Source: Phycisphaerales bacterium (GTDB taxonomy: Bacteria > Planctomycetota > Phycisphaerae > UBA1845 > G020352895). Taken from it: a stretch of 64,000 bases of DNA. The stretch spans positions 3,356,649 through 3,420,648 of the forward strand of contig CP070685.1 of assembly GCA_020352895.1 (NCBI GenBank). Reading direction: 5' to 3'. The translations under genes and the position numbers were made by a program. Positions 29,178 through 38,083 of the stretch are shown in pieces; position 1 is the stretch's first letter, and each line of letters begins with the position of its first letter. The notes below the pieces were generated by a model. It made no database searches. It saw only the letters and a list, made by a program, of their open reading frames with translations, and had not been told where the DNA came from.

Positions 29178-29520
29178 CGACGAACCGGGTTACTGCCGTC
29201 ACCTCGAACTGCTCCTCTCCCGCGACGGCCACGAAGTCGAAAGCGCCACCAACGGCCGCGACGCTATGGACATCGCCCAACGATTCCGCCCCGATGTGCT
29301 GGTGGCAGACTGGATGCTGTGCGACACACAGTGCGGCCTCGACCTGGCCCGCTCTCTGCGTCAGCTCAACCCGCGCCTGGCTACGATCATCATCACGGGC
29401 TACTACGCACCGGACCTGCAAGCCTCGACAGAAGAGGCTCTCGTCCATGCCTTCATCCAGAAACCCTTCGAACCGGCGGATCTCTGCGAGGCCGTTCGCC
29501 AGGCCGCCAGGCCGGCATAA
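29155..29520 (+). CDS. single-domain response regulator (CheY-like receiver)
   Basis: MSKVLVVDDEPG.., the phospho-acceptor context VLVADWML and a conserved Lys context (FIQKPF). GGAG lies upstream of ATG 29155. It overlaps the kinase 3' end by 23 nt. No output domain is present. Confidence 0.85.
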   Translation: MSKVLVVDDEPGYCRHLELLLSRDGHEVESATNGRDAMDIAQRFRPDVLVADWMLCDTQCGLDLARSLRQLNPRLATIIITGYYAPDLQASTEEALVHAFIQKPFEPADLCEAVRQAARPA

Positions 29521-29653
29521 GCCTGACCTCCCGACGGAGCGCGGTCACTGCGTTCCCCGGGCATCTCATCTCAACCGCACCACTCCAGTCACAAGCCCGC
29601 CGCCAGCCCCCCGTCTCTTGCTAGACCCGGCCTTACCGTCTACGCTATCGTCC

Positions 29654-30511
29654 ATGAGCGACCGTGACAGAGTCACCATTGCGACGCTCAAGGCCCGCAA
29701 GAAGGCCGGGCAGAAGTACTCGGTCATCACCTGCTATGACCACCCCACCGCCCGCATGCAGCAGGCCGCTGGCATCGACTGCATCCTGGTCGGCGACACG
29801 CTCGGCGAGGTCATCCTCGGTTATGAGAACAACCTCCGCGTGAAGATGGACTTCATCATCACGCTCACGGAGGCCGTCCGCCGCGGCGCCCCCAGTGTGT
29901 TCCTCATGGGCGACATGCCGTTCCTCTCCTACCAGGTCAGCATTGAGGACGCCATCCGTAACGCTGGGCGTTTCGTCAGTGAGGCCGGTTGTGACACCGT
30001 CAAGATCGAGATCGACCGCCGCCACCTCGACGTGCTCGCCGCCATGACCCGGGCCAATATCCCCGTCACCGCCCACTTGGGGATGCGGCCCCAGGCCGTC
30101 ACCCAGAACGGCGGCTACCGGGCCGTCGGCCGGAGCGCCGGAGCGGGCGCCGAGCTGGTCCGCCTGGCCCGCGACGCCGAACAGTACGGCGCCCACGCCC
30201 TCCTGCTCGAGGCCGTGCCTGCCGACGTTGCTCGAACCATCACGCAGAACACATGCCTGCCGGTCACCGGCATCTGCGCCGGACCGGATACAGATGGCCA
30301 AGTCCTGGTCATGCACGACGTGTTGGGTATCAGCGTCGGCCACACCCCCAGCCACGTCAAGCCATTTGCGGACCTGACAGGGGTCATGACCGAGGCATTC
30401 ACGCGATATCACAAAGACGTGATCGAAGGACGCTTCCCCGACCCCAAAAACAACATCCCTATGGGAAAAGGCCAGCTCGAGAAGTTCCGCGAACTGATCG
30501 CAGCCGGTTAA
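29654..30511 (+). CDS. panB: 3-methyl-2-oxobutanoate hydroxymethyltransferase
   Basis: YSVITCYDHPTARMQQAAGIDCILVGDTLGEVILGY and VKIE..., which are typical PanB motifs. The upstream 160 codons of the 29174 ORF overlap the regulator gene and are Pro/Arg/Ser-rich noise. Confidence 0.9.
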   Translation: MSDRDRVTIATLKARKKAGQKYSVITCYDHPTARMQQAAGIDCILVGDTLGEVILGYENNLRVKMDFIITLTEAVRRGAPSVFLMGDMPFLSYQVSIEDAIRNAGRFVSEAGCDTVKIEIDRRHLDVLAAMTRANIPVTAHLGMRPQAVTQNGGYRAVGRSAGAGAELVRLARDAEQYGAHALLLEAVPADVARTITQNTCLPVTGICAGPDTDGQVLVMHDVLGISVGHTPSHVKPFADLTGVMTEAFTRYHKDVIEGRFPDPKNNIPMGKGQLEKFRELIAAG

Positions 30512-30617
30512 CCGCGCCACACCGATAATGAGTACTAGCCGGGCTGGCTGATTCTCCGCGAAGTCCGAGATATGAGGTTGGTGAGCGGGCCGCGTTCCCC
30601 AGGAGAGTTCCGTGGGC

Positions 30618-31781
30618 CTAGGCGGGTGCTGTATCCCGGCACGCAGACATGACCAGCTCGGAGATCTCCTCGACGCGCCCGTCCCAGCCCTCCCCGGCCA
30701 CGAATGAGGCCCGCCATCGGCGACGCTCAGGCGAGTCCGACGCCACAGCTTCCTGACAGGCGGCCACGAAGGCCTCAGCCGAATCGGCGATCCGGACGTG
30801 TGGTTCGTAGACGCGAACTTCCGGCAGTGGAGTCGACACCACTGGCAGACCGGCCGCCAGATACTCCCGCAACTTGATCGGATTCACGTGCCGCGTCAGC
30901 TCGTTCGCCACGAACGGAATCACGGCCACGTCGAAACCCCGACAATAGCCCGGCAGCTCATCGTAGCTCACCCGTCCGGTCAAATGCACGTTCGGCCGCC
31001 TTCCCAGCCCGGAGACATCACACCCCGCTGCGCCGATCAACACGAATGACCAGTTCGGCCGCAGATCGGCCAACTCTCGCATCAGATCCATGTCGAACCA
31101 GTCGCTGATCAAACCGAAGAATCCGATCACCGGCCGCGGGAGATCAGCAAGCAGTCTCGGAATGCTCGTGTCTCCCATCAGAGCCTTACCGAAATGGTCC
31201 ACATCCACTCCGTGCCGGATCAGGTGCGTCCGCGGATGCAGATGCCGCTTGGCCTCATACAAGCCTTCTGCCGATGTCAGGACAATGTCGCTCTTACCGA
31301 TCAGTTCGCGCTCCAGCCGCCGAACCAATTCCCCATCATAACCAGCGAACTCGCTGAACTCGTCCACGCAATAATAAACCACTACCTCTTCACTGAGAGA
31401 GTCGATCAGATCCGCCACGTCCGGCGCGAAGCTCCATACCTGTATCGGCCGTCGCGGCCAGCCCCGCATCGCACGGCGAATCTGATGAAGAACCATCTTT
31501 CGATTGATGCCGCGGATGGCTGGTGAGCCTGGGACGGGAACAAGCATAGGCGTCATCGTGGTGATACCGTCAGAGACGCGCCGGCTTCCGCAAGTCACGC
31601 TGCTTAACGTGCGGACCGAATGCAGCACATCGTGCATGTTCGGCCGGGGCAGTCTCGAGCCGTGGTAGTTCACCCACAGGACCTCGTTCTCCGCGGCCAG
31701 CCGGCGCATGACCTGGTGCTTGCTCGTGGGATCAATGCCCCAGGAACTGGCCAGGCAGATAATGTTGCGCCCGCGGATCAT
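30618..31781 (-). CDS. glycosyltransferase family 1 protein (TuaH-like) of the EPS locus
   Basis: The start MIRGRNIICLASSWGIDPTSKHQVMRRLAAENEVLWVNYHG is typical. There is a 4-bp overlap (ATGA) with the upstream GT gene. The C-terminal region is a GT-B half. Confidence 0.75.
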   Translation of the reverse strand: MIRGRNIICLASSWGIDPTSKHQVMRRLAAENEVLWVNYHGSRLPRPNMHDVLHSVRTLSSVTCGSRRVSDGITTMTPMLVPVPGSPAIRGINRKMVLHQIRRAMRGWPRRPIQVWSFAPDVADLIDSLSEEVVVYYCVDEFSEFAGYDGELVRRLERELIGKSDIVLTSAEGLYEAKRHLHPRTHLIRHGVDVDHFGKALMGDTSIPRLLADLPRPVIGFFGLISDWFDMDLMRELADLRPNWSFVLIGAAGCDVSGLGRRPNVHLTGRVSYDELPGYCRGFDVAVIPFVANELTRHVNPIKLREYLAAGLPVVSTPLPEVRVYEPHVRIADSAEAFVAACQEAVASDSPERRRWRASFVAGEGWDGRVEEISELVMSACRDTAPA

Positions 31782-33028
31782 ACCGCCACCTCTGCTGTCA
31801 CCGAGCGACCGACCAGAACGTCCTTTGCGGCCGCCCGCCGGGTCTCCAGTACGCAGGGTCCCAGAAGGATGCGCTCCATCCGCTCCAACTGCTCCGGCCA
31901 ACTGAAGTTCTCCCTTACCCAGGCTTGGGCCGCCAGACCCTCCTGCTCGGCATAGCTGTCCACGACCAGCAACTGCTCCAGCGTCGAGATCCACTCCTCC
32001 CGCGTGTCCGCCACGGCGAGCCCCGGCAGAGATTCTTCTGCAATGCCTCTGGCCGCATCGCGGCTTGCCACTACCGGCCGGCCGCAGGCCATCCCCTCCA
32101 GCACCTTGTTCTGCAGCCCCCGGGCGACGCGCAAGGGAGCGATGACTACGCGCGCCCCGCGGAGATAGCTGACCACGTCTGGCACGCGGCCGGTCACCAT
32201 GATGCCCGGACGGTCTCCAAGCCGACTGACGCGCCTGCGAGGGTTACGCCCCACGATGATCCACTCCGCCTCGGGCACGCGACGCTGGAGCGCCGGCCAT
32301 ACGGAGTCCGCGAACCAGCAAACGGCGTCCTCGTTCGGCCAGTAGTCCATAGCACCCACGAAGGCGATGACCGGCTCACGAGCCGGCACCCCGCAACCCG
32401 CCTGCTGCGCCGTCTCCACCCCGTTGCCGACAACGTGAATATTCGCCTTGTCCAGGCGGGCGCGTAGACCGGACGCCTCGTGTCGGGTGATGAGAGTGAC
32501 CGCATCGAACTGGTCAACCTGAGCCATCTCCAGTTCAGCCACGCGGCGGTGTTCCCAGGCGTACAGCCACCGCGCAGGAGCATGGCGCCGCCTGGCATAG
32601 TCGCGCCACTTGAGACTATCCAGGTCGCAAAGGTCCAGACATCGCCGCCGGGCCCGAGCCCGAAGGCCGTATGGCCCCATGCCCGCCCCAAAACACAGCA
32701 CCGCGTCGAAATCAGTCCGCCGGGACCAATGATCCACAACCCCCTTCATCCTGGTGCTTTCCAGGTAACCCTCGCTCACGCTGCGGCTGCGCAGCAAGTT
32801 GACCAGCCCCTTGGCCGCGGACCACCAAGGCGATAACGGCACCGGCTCGAACTGCGCGCACATGCGTGCGCAGTCCCCGACGTGCGCCCAGTCTGCCAAG
32901 TCATCCACGAAACATGCACACCAGACTTCATGCCGTTCGGCCAGAAAGGCAAACTGATGAGACGTGCGAATCTTGTCCCCTCTCTCTGGGGGGTAAGGCA
33001 TTCGTGGGTAGATCAGCAGCAGCCTCAT
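31778..33028 (-). CDS. sugar transferase of the PEP-CTERM/EpsH1-associated type (TIGR03087-like GT)
   Basis: The N-terminus MRLLLIYPRMPYPPERGDKIRTSHQFAFLAERHEVWCACFVDDLADWAHV matches the characteristic start of that family. The longer 525-aa ORF extension is Arg/Ala/Gly noise. Confidence 0.8.
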   Translation of the reverse strand: MRLLLIYPRMPYPPERGDKIRTSHQFAFLAERHEVWCACFVDDLADWAHVGDCARMCAQFEPVPLSPWWSAAKGLVNLLRSRSVSEGYLESTRMKGVVDHWSRRTDFDAVLCFGAGMGPYGLRARARRRCLDLCDLDSLKWRDYARRRHAPARWLYAWEHRRVAELEMAQVDQFDAVTLITRHEASGLRARLDKANIHVVGNGVETAQQAGCGVPAREPVIAFVGAMDYWPNEDAVCWFADSVWPALQRRVPEAEWIIVGRNPRRRVSRLGDRPGIMVTGRVPDVVSYLRGARVVIAPLRVARGLQNKVLEGMACGRPVVASRDAARGIAEESLPGLAVADTREEWISTLEQLLVVDSYAEQEGLAAQAWVRENFSWPEQLERMERILLGPCVLETRRAAAKDVLVGRSVTAEVAV

Positions 33029-33033
33029 CTTCT

Positions 33034-34137
33034 CTAACCCGGAACCCACCCGGCCAGCCACGCTCCCAACGGCCGGGTTATAAGCAGAGGAAGACGCCGC
33101 CACGTGCGGATGGCCCACTGCAGACGGCTGCTGTCCGGCGTCAGATCGGCCGCCTGCGCTCCGGGTCGCACCCACACCTGGTACCGAAGCGGCACCGGCT
33201 GGAAGCCCTGATGACGCTTGAAGTCGAACGAGCCATGGTTGCCCACGCGGGACCGCCCGAAATCGAAACGCCTCAGCCCTGCGCGCACGCCCCACTCCAT
33301 GGCCGTCAGGTACAGGAAGTTGTTGGGGCTGCACCGCTCCAGCCGCTCGTCGCATCCTGCAAAGTACGGCATCAGCGTGTCATTGTGTATGAACGAGACG
33401 AGACCGGCCGCGGGCCGCCCCTCATGGCGCACCAGGGATACGACGTGGCGCGCCGGTGTGCCGCGGATGAGCCGCTCGAAGAAGCCGTACGGATAGTTGG
33501 GGGATCCCAGCCTGCGCATGCTGCGGGCGTACAGCTCCCAAACCTGCCTGAGATTGGCATCAGCAAACTCAACCGTCAGCTTGTGCTTATCGCGGGCGTT
33601 GCGTGCCGCCGCTCGGGCCTTGCGCGGCAAAGCGGCCAGCACGTCCGCCTCCGCCAGCGGGAGCGGCTTCTGAAATGCAACATAGCGGTCCTCTACGGTG
33701 GTCAACTCCGGCCAGAGTGGACGCACGCTGCGAAGGTCCACCTGCCGCACGCCGTGCTCGGCAGCCAACTCCTTCATGGCTCCCAGAAGCAACGCGGCAG
33801 CCTCTTGGAACTCGACCACCGCCCCGCCGTACACGGCGTACGGAACGCTGACTAGCAGCCTGCCTGCCAGCGGAGTGCGTACCAGAAACAGCGGGAGCAC
33901 GCCGACTATTCTCTCGCCCTGAAAGGCCGCGAAGTAGAACGGCTGATGACCGAACGTCTCTGCGACGGCCCGCCGCCACGCCCACGTGTGAAAGAATGTG
34001 CCTTCCGGATGTCTCTTGACATAGGCGTCCCAGCGATCCGCATCCTCGTGTCCGGCCATGTGGACACGGACAATCGGCCGGGAGGCTGGGTGCGGAGGTG
34101 TCGGCCGCGTGCTGGGCGCCTCGAGTGTTTCAATCAC
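33034..34137 (-). CDS. FemAB-family acyltransferase, PEP-CTERM-locus type (TIGR03019-like)
   Basis: WDAYVKRHPEGTFFHTWAWRRAVAETFGH, VGVLPLFLVRTPLAG..VSVPYAVYGG and RRFDFGRSRVGNHGSFDFKRHQGFQPVPLRYQVW. Confidence 0.8.
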   Translation of the reverse strand: MIETLEAPSTRPTPPHPASRPIVRVHMAGHEDADRWDAYVKRHPEGTFFHTWAWRRAVAETFGHQPFYFAAFQGERIVGVLPLFLVRTPLAGRLLVSVPYAVYGGAVVEFQEAAALLLGAMKELAAEHGVRQVDLRSVRPLWPELTTVEDRYVAFQKPLPLAEADVLAALPRKARAAARNARDKHKLTVEFADANLRQVWELYARSMRRLGSPNYPYGFFERLIRGTPARHVVSLVRHEGRPAAGLVSFIHNDTLMPYFAGCDERLERCSPNNFLYLTAMEWGVRAGLRRFDFGRSRVGNHGSFDFKRHQGFQPVPLRYQVWVRPGAQAADLTPDSSRLQWAIRTWRRLPLLITRPLGAWLAGWVPG

Positions 34138-34154
34138 CGTGGGCCGTCCCCCGT

Positions 34155-35024
34155 CTAACGGTAGTAGTTGTAGTACCGATCGTAGTAGTAGCCGTAAGCC
34201 CCCGCGTCATCGTGCCGCCCCAAGGCCACACAGCCAAGGATATTTACGTTGTTGGCTTGCAACTGTTTGACGGCACGCTTGGCCATGGGTTCGTGCGTAT
34301 GGTGCATGCGCACGATCATGATGACCCCGTAGCAGTTCTGGCCGATGATTCCTACGTCCGCCACTGTGTTTACCGGCGGGGTGTCCACCAGCACATAGTG
34401 GAAGCGCTTGCGGAGATCGTCAAAGACATTCTGGGCAACGGCGGAGCTCAGAATCTCCGCTGCGTTCTCATCACCCATGTTTCCGGGCGCAAGATAGCTC
34501 AGGTTGGGGGTCAAAGACCGGAGAGGCAGGCAGGGAAGATCTTCGCGAATCATGTCCGCTAGCCCTTGCTCCGGCGGCAGGCTCAGCATCTGCGACAGGC
34601 AGCCGCGGCGCACGTCACCATCCACCAGACAAACTCGCAGGTGCTTGAGCTCCGCCAGGGCGAAGGCCAGATTGACCGTGGTCAGGCTCTTCCCTTCGCG
34701 GGGCGCGCTGCTTGTGACCGCAATCACGCGGTGCTCGTTGTCGGGATTCTGATTTAACAGACGCGTACGCAGTGCGCGAAACTGCTCGGCTTCCATTCCC
34801 TCGCTCTGACGCACGGTCACAATGCGCTCGTCGAGCCCCGGCATGCTGGCCAGGATCGTGTGGGCTCGGTCTTCACCGGTGGATGCCTCGTCCCGCTCGC
34901 CGCCCAAAAGCCCGCCAAACGTGGGGACATCGACGATGGGCGCGTCCTCGGACGCTGGATCGTACCTGCGCGCCGACCCACGTTCTCTTCCTGCCTTCTT
35001 CAGTGCGTCCGAAATGATTCCCAT
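34155..35024 (-). CDS. CpsD/CapB-type tyrosine autokinase (EPS co-polymerase ATPase)
   Basis: Walker A is VTSSAPREGKS, Walker A' is VCLVDGDVRR and Walker B is YVLVDTPP. The C-terminal tyrosine cluster is AGAYGYYYDRYYNYYR. Confidence 0.85.
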   Translation of the reverse strand: MGIISDALKKAGRERGSARRYDPASEDAPIVDVPTFGGLLGGERDEASTGEDRAHTILASMPGLDERIVTVRQSEGMEAEQFRALRTRLLNQNPDNEHRVIAVTSSAPREGKSLTTVNLAFALAELKHLRVCLVDGDVRRGCLSQMLSLPPEQGLADMIREDLPCLPLRSLTPNLSYLAPGNMGDENAAEILSSAVAQNVFDDLRKRFHYVLVDTPPVNTVADVGIIGQNCYGVIMIVRMHHTHEPMAKRAVKQLQANNVNILGCVALGRHDDAGAYGYYYDRYYNYYR

Positions 35025-35030
35025 GACACC

Positions 35031-36839
35031 TCAAACCGTATCGCTGACGGCCCTTTCACCGAGGCGATCGCCCGCGTGCCAGGCCAAGTGCGACCTCCAG
35101 CGCGACCACGTCGCAGGGTGCTCGATGCTGGTATAGGCCGCGTACGCCGACAGGCCGGTCACCAGAATCAACAGTGCGGCCAGAGCCGGTTTGAGCACGA
35201 CCTGGCGCACAAATCGAGACCGACGTTCCGCAGGAGTCAGAATCTCGCCAATGGTCTCCAGGATGGGCAGCCCGGTTGCCCGAACCACTTGGTTGACTGT
35301 GCGGAACTTACGATCCATCAGTTCGGCCAGCAGAACCACGCCGACGCCGACGCCCAGAGCTAGCAGCACACTCAACATCACCACCATGCTGAATCGCGGG
35401 GAAACCGGCCGACTGCTCGGGCTGGCCGGTACCACCACCGAGAAGCCCATGTCCTTGCTGTGCAATTCCACGTCGATGGTCCGCTCCAACTCGTCGAATC
35501 GGTCCGCCCACGTCTTGACCTGGCTCCGGGCCCGCTCCAACTCGGCGCGAATCTGCTCGTATTCCCGCTGCCGCTCGAAGATGCTGGCCCGCATCTGCTC
35601 AAGCGATGCGATCTGCTGCTCGACGGCCTTGCGGTCCTCCTCAATTCGCTGCCGGTTGGCTTGCAGTGAGGAGATCTCCAGCTCCACTCGGGACTTCTCC
35701 ATGTCCCAGATCTCCTCGGCCACATCCGAGCGATGTTCATCCCGACCGCGTGCCGAAACGATGGCCACGGCCGTCTCACGCCTCACGCGCTCCGGCTCGT
35801 TCGCAAGAGCCTCGGCCGCCGCCCGCATACCCTGACGCAGAGCTTCGATCCGCGGGTGCTGGTCCGTCATACGCCGCGTGAGCTGCAGATCGGCAATATC
35901 CGTCTCGAACTGCCGGATGCGGCGTTCCAGGTCCGCACGGCGCGGGTTCGGAACAGTCTCCTGTGCCGGCCCTGTCTCCGGAAACGCGGAGTCCTGAGGT
36001 GCCACCAGGGGGGCTCCCCCTATAAACGCTTCTCGGCTGGCGATTTCTGCCTCCAACTCCCAGGCTCGGCGCTCCAGCTCGTCCCCATTGTTCTCCAGCA
36101 GCGCGACCTTCTCGGCGATCGTGCCCGGCCGACTCGGATCGATCCCCGGGTACTCGATTTCGAAGCGTAACATCTCCTCGGCCAGTCTGGCTTCCTCAGC
36201 CTGGCTCTCGTCCAGTTGGCGCCGGTAGTAGGCTCGCGCGTCTTCCAGCAGATTCATGATCCGCGCCCGCGTGCGGCGGAGGTAGGCGTCGCGAACTCGC
36301 TCCACCAACAGACGCGGCGTCTCTGCGTTGTCTGCCGTATAAGTAAGCTCAATCTGGTCCAGATCATCTGTCCGAAGATGGAAGCTCCAACCCAGCCCGG
36401 CGGCGTAAGACTTGGCCAGATCGCGACGCATCCGCTCTCCCTCGGGCGCCAGTTCGCCGTTGGTATCTCGCGGGTAGTCACGGGCCCAGCCAAGGTCATC
36501 CACCACCTCGCACCACAAGTCGGGGTCAACGATGTCGAAGCTGAAGGACCACAGCAGCGCCTTGAACTTGTGCGGGCTCCCTTCGCGCGCCAGCCGGGAT
36601 GTGGCCACATCCGTCCGCCGCTCGAACACAGTCGTCGCTTTGTATTTCCTCGGAAGACGATGACTGAACACCAGGGCTGCCGTCAGCGTCAGGCAGAACG
36701 GGACGAAGAGCATCCACTTGCGCAACATCAGGATGCGCAGCAGCTCCATCACCGTGTGGCGCATGTCGGCCCAGCCCGACTCTCCGGTCACCGGGGAGCT
36801 ACGAGCCTCATAGCCTGCCGGTTGTTTGCCCTCGAGCAT
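35031..36839 (-). CDS. polysaccharide chain-length determinant (Wzz/GumC-like, PEP-CTERM-locus type)
   Basis: The N-terminal TM is followed by RKYKATTVFE. A long coiled-coil periplasmic domain follows. The C-terminal TM is MVVMLSVLLALGVGVGVVLLAELMD. It lies 6 bp upstream of the kinase gene. Confidence 0.8.
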   Translation of the reverse strand: MLEGKQPAGYEARSSPVTGESGWADMRHTVMELLRILMLRKWMLFVPFCLTLTAALVFSHRLPRKYKATTVFERRTDVATSRLAREGSPHKFKALLWSFSFDIVDPDLWCEVVDDLGWARDYPRDTNGELAPEGERMRRDLAKSYAAGLGWSFHLRTDDLDQIELTYTADNAETPRLLVERVRDAYLRRTRARIMNLLEDARAYYRRQLDESQAEEARLAEEMLRFEIEYPGIDPSRPGTIAEKVALLENNGDELERRAWELEAEIASREAFIGGAPLVAPQDSAFPETGPAQETVPNPRRADLERRIRQFETDIADLQLTRRMTDQHPRIEALRQGMRAAAEALANEPERVRRETAVAIVSARGRDEHRSDVAEEIWDMEKSRVELEISSLQANRQRIEEDRKAVEQQIASLEQMRASIFERQREYEQIRAELERARSQVKTWADRFDELERTIDVELHSKDMGFSVVVPASPSSRPVSPRFSMVVMLSVLLALGVGVGVVLLAELMDRKFRTVNQVVRATGLPILETIGEILTPAERRSRFVRQVVLKPALAALLILVTGLSAYAAYTSIEHPATWSRWRSHLAWHAGDRLGERAVSDTV

Positions 36840-36931
36840 CCGAATCTCTCATTTGGCGTTGGGGGCCAGTCGTGTTCTCTGCTCCATCCCCCGTCCGACA
36901 GGGGGCCCCGGCGTGCCGCCTCCATCCGCCG

Positions 36932-37771
36932 TCATCGCAGGAGCCTGCCGGGCCGGATTAGGTTGACGTTGGTGTCTCCGTCATCGTCGCCGTTAAAGTG
37001 CTCGTCGTAATCGTCTTGAGCATCCAGGAAGCGTGCCGGCATCTCATAGGCCTCGAGCGCTGGAGTGATGGGGAACAGGAGCTCACGAAGCCTCAATCCC
37101 AGCCATCCCAGCGGCGTCGGTGGCACGTACAGTATGTCCCCCTCCTGCATGAGCATGTTCATCCGCATGTCGCCGTTGGTGGCCATCTTGTCGAAGTCGA
37201 CCTTCATCTCTCGGCGCTCGTCAGGATTCGGTGACGAACGAATCAGCTTGATCTCGCTCTTCCAGGCAATGAACGTCGGGTTGGCTGCCATCAGGACGTC
37301 GAAGACCGTGTCGCGCCCCGTAAACGGGTATGATCCCGGCCGGCCCACCTGACCGAAAACATAGATCTTCTTGCTGTTCTGCGTCACTACACGCACACGC
37401 AGGCTGGGATCCTTGTAGAACGGTACCAGTTGGCTCTCCACCTTGTACTTGATTTGCCGCGGCGTTAGACCGGCCACATGAACTCGATCGATCAGGTCCA
37501 GATCGATCGCTCCGTCGATGTCCACCTGCTGGCTGATCCCGTCGATCTCCAGGACGTGCGGCGACGAGAAGGAGACCACGTCGCCGGGCATGACCTTGAA
37601 GTCGCTTCCGGACGCCGCGTATGTGTGGCTCTGAAGGAAGTCCCCAACGTCGTACTTGTGATCACTGCAACCGCCAGCCACCCATAGAAGCAGCACGATG
37701 AGGGCGCGCGGACAGGCAGCACCGCTCATAGCAGTCCACATCCCCTGCCGCCGAGTCTGAGGGCCCGTCAT
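36932..37771 (-). CDS. polysaccharide export protein (Wza-like, Poly_export plus SLBB)
   Basis: The lipoprotein signal is LIVLLLWVAGGCSD. The Poly_export motif is FKVMPGDVVSF, and the SLBB-like sequences are IYVFGQVGRPGSYPF and LMQEGDILYVPP. The start is taken at ATG 37771 (GAGGGGG upstream); ATG 37741 is also possible. Confidence 0.8.
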   Translation of the reverse strand: MTGPQTRRQGMWTAMSGAACPRALIVLLLWVAGGCSDHKYDVGDFLQSHTYAASGSDFKVMPGDVVSFSSPHVLEIDGISQQVDIDGAIDLDLIDRVHVAGLTPRQIKYKVESQLVPFYKDPSLRVRVVTQNSKKIYVFGQVGRPGSYPFTGRDTVFDVLMAANPTFIAWKSEIKLIRSSPNPDERREMKVDFDKMATNGDMRMNMLMQEGDILYVPPTPLGWLGLRLRELLFPITPALEAYEMPARFLDAQDDYDEHFNGDDDGDTNVNLIRPGRLLR

Positions 37772-37932
37772 CTGCTGCCCCCTCAGGGCACAATTCCCCT
37801 CTTCCAGACTGGTCATGTTCGAACGCGTTCGGCACTCCCGGGTGCCACGAGCAGCCCGGTCCGCCCAGGCAGGCGCTTCCACGCCCGCCGGTCTGCAGGC
37901 CGGCCGTTCTGCCCATCCTCGGGTTTATCGGA

Positions 37933-37985
37933 TTGACCTAAACCTGAATTGACCTTGGCGGCTCTTTTGCGGCCGGGGCTATAAT
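37933..37985 (+). promoter_or_regulatory. divergent promoter region: direct repeat ATTGACCT x2 and a perfect TATAAT box
   Basis: ATTGACCT occurs at 37932-37939 and again at 37948-37955. TATAAT lies at 37980-37985, about 100 nt upstream of GTG 38084. The TTGACC-to-TATAAT spacing (25 nt) is non-canonical, so the repeats may be operators rather than a -35 element. Confidence 0.3.
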
Positions 37986-38083
37986 CCGCCCTGTTTTTGC
38001 CATAAAGCCGCCACCTCCAGAGACCGATATCCCTTGCGAAGGTCCGAATTCGTCTCGCCGAACCCGCGCAGGGAGCCTAGCCT

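Noticed and set aside
37838-37858. A sigma-54-like element on the minus strand upstream of the Wza-like gene (TGGCACCCGGGAGTGCC).
   Set aside because: The -24 GG to -12 GC spacing is one base too long, and the -12 box reads GTGC rather than TTGC. The spacing is normally invariant.
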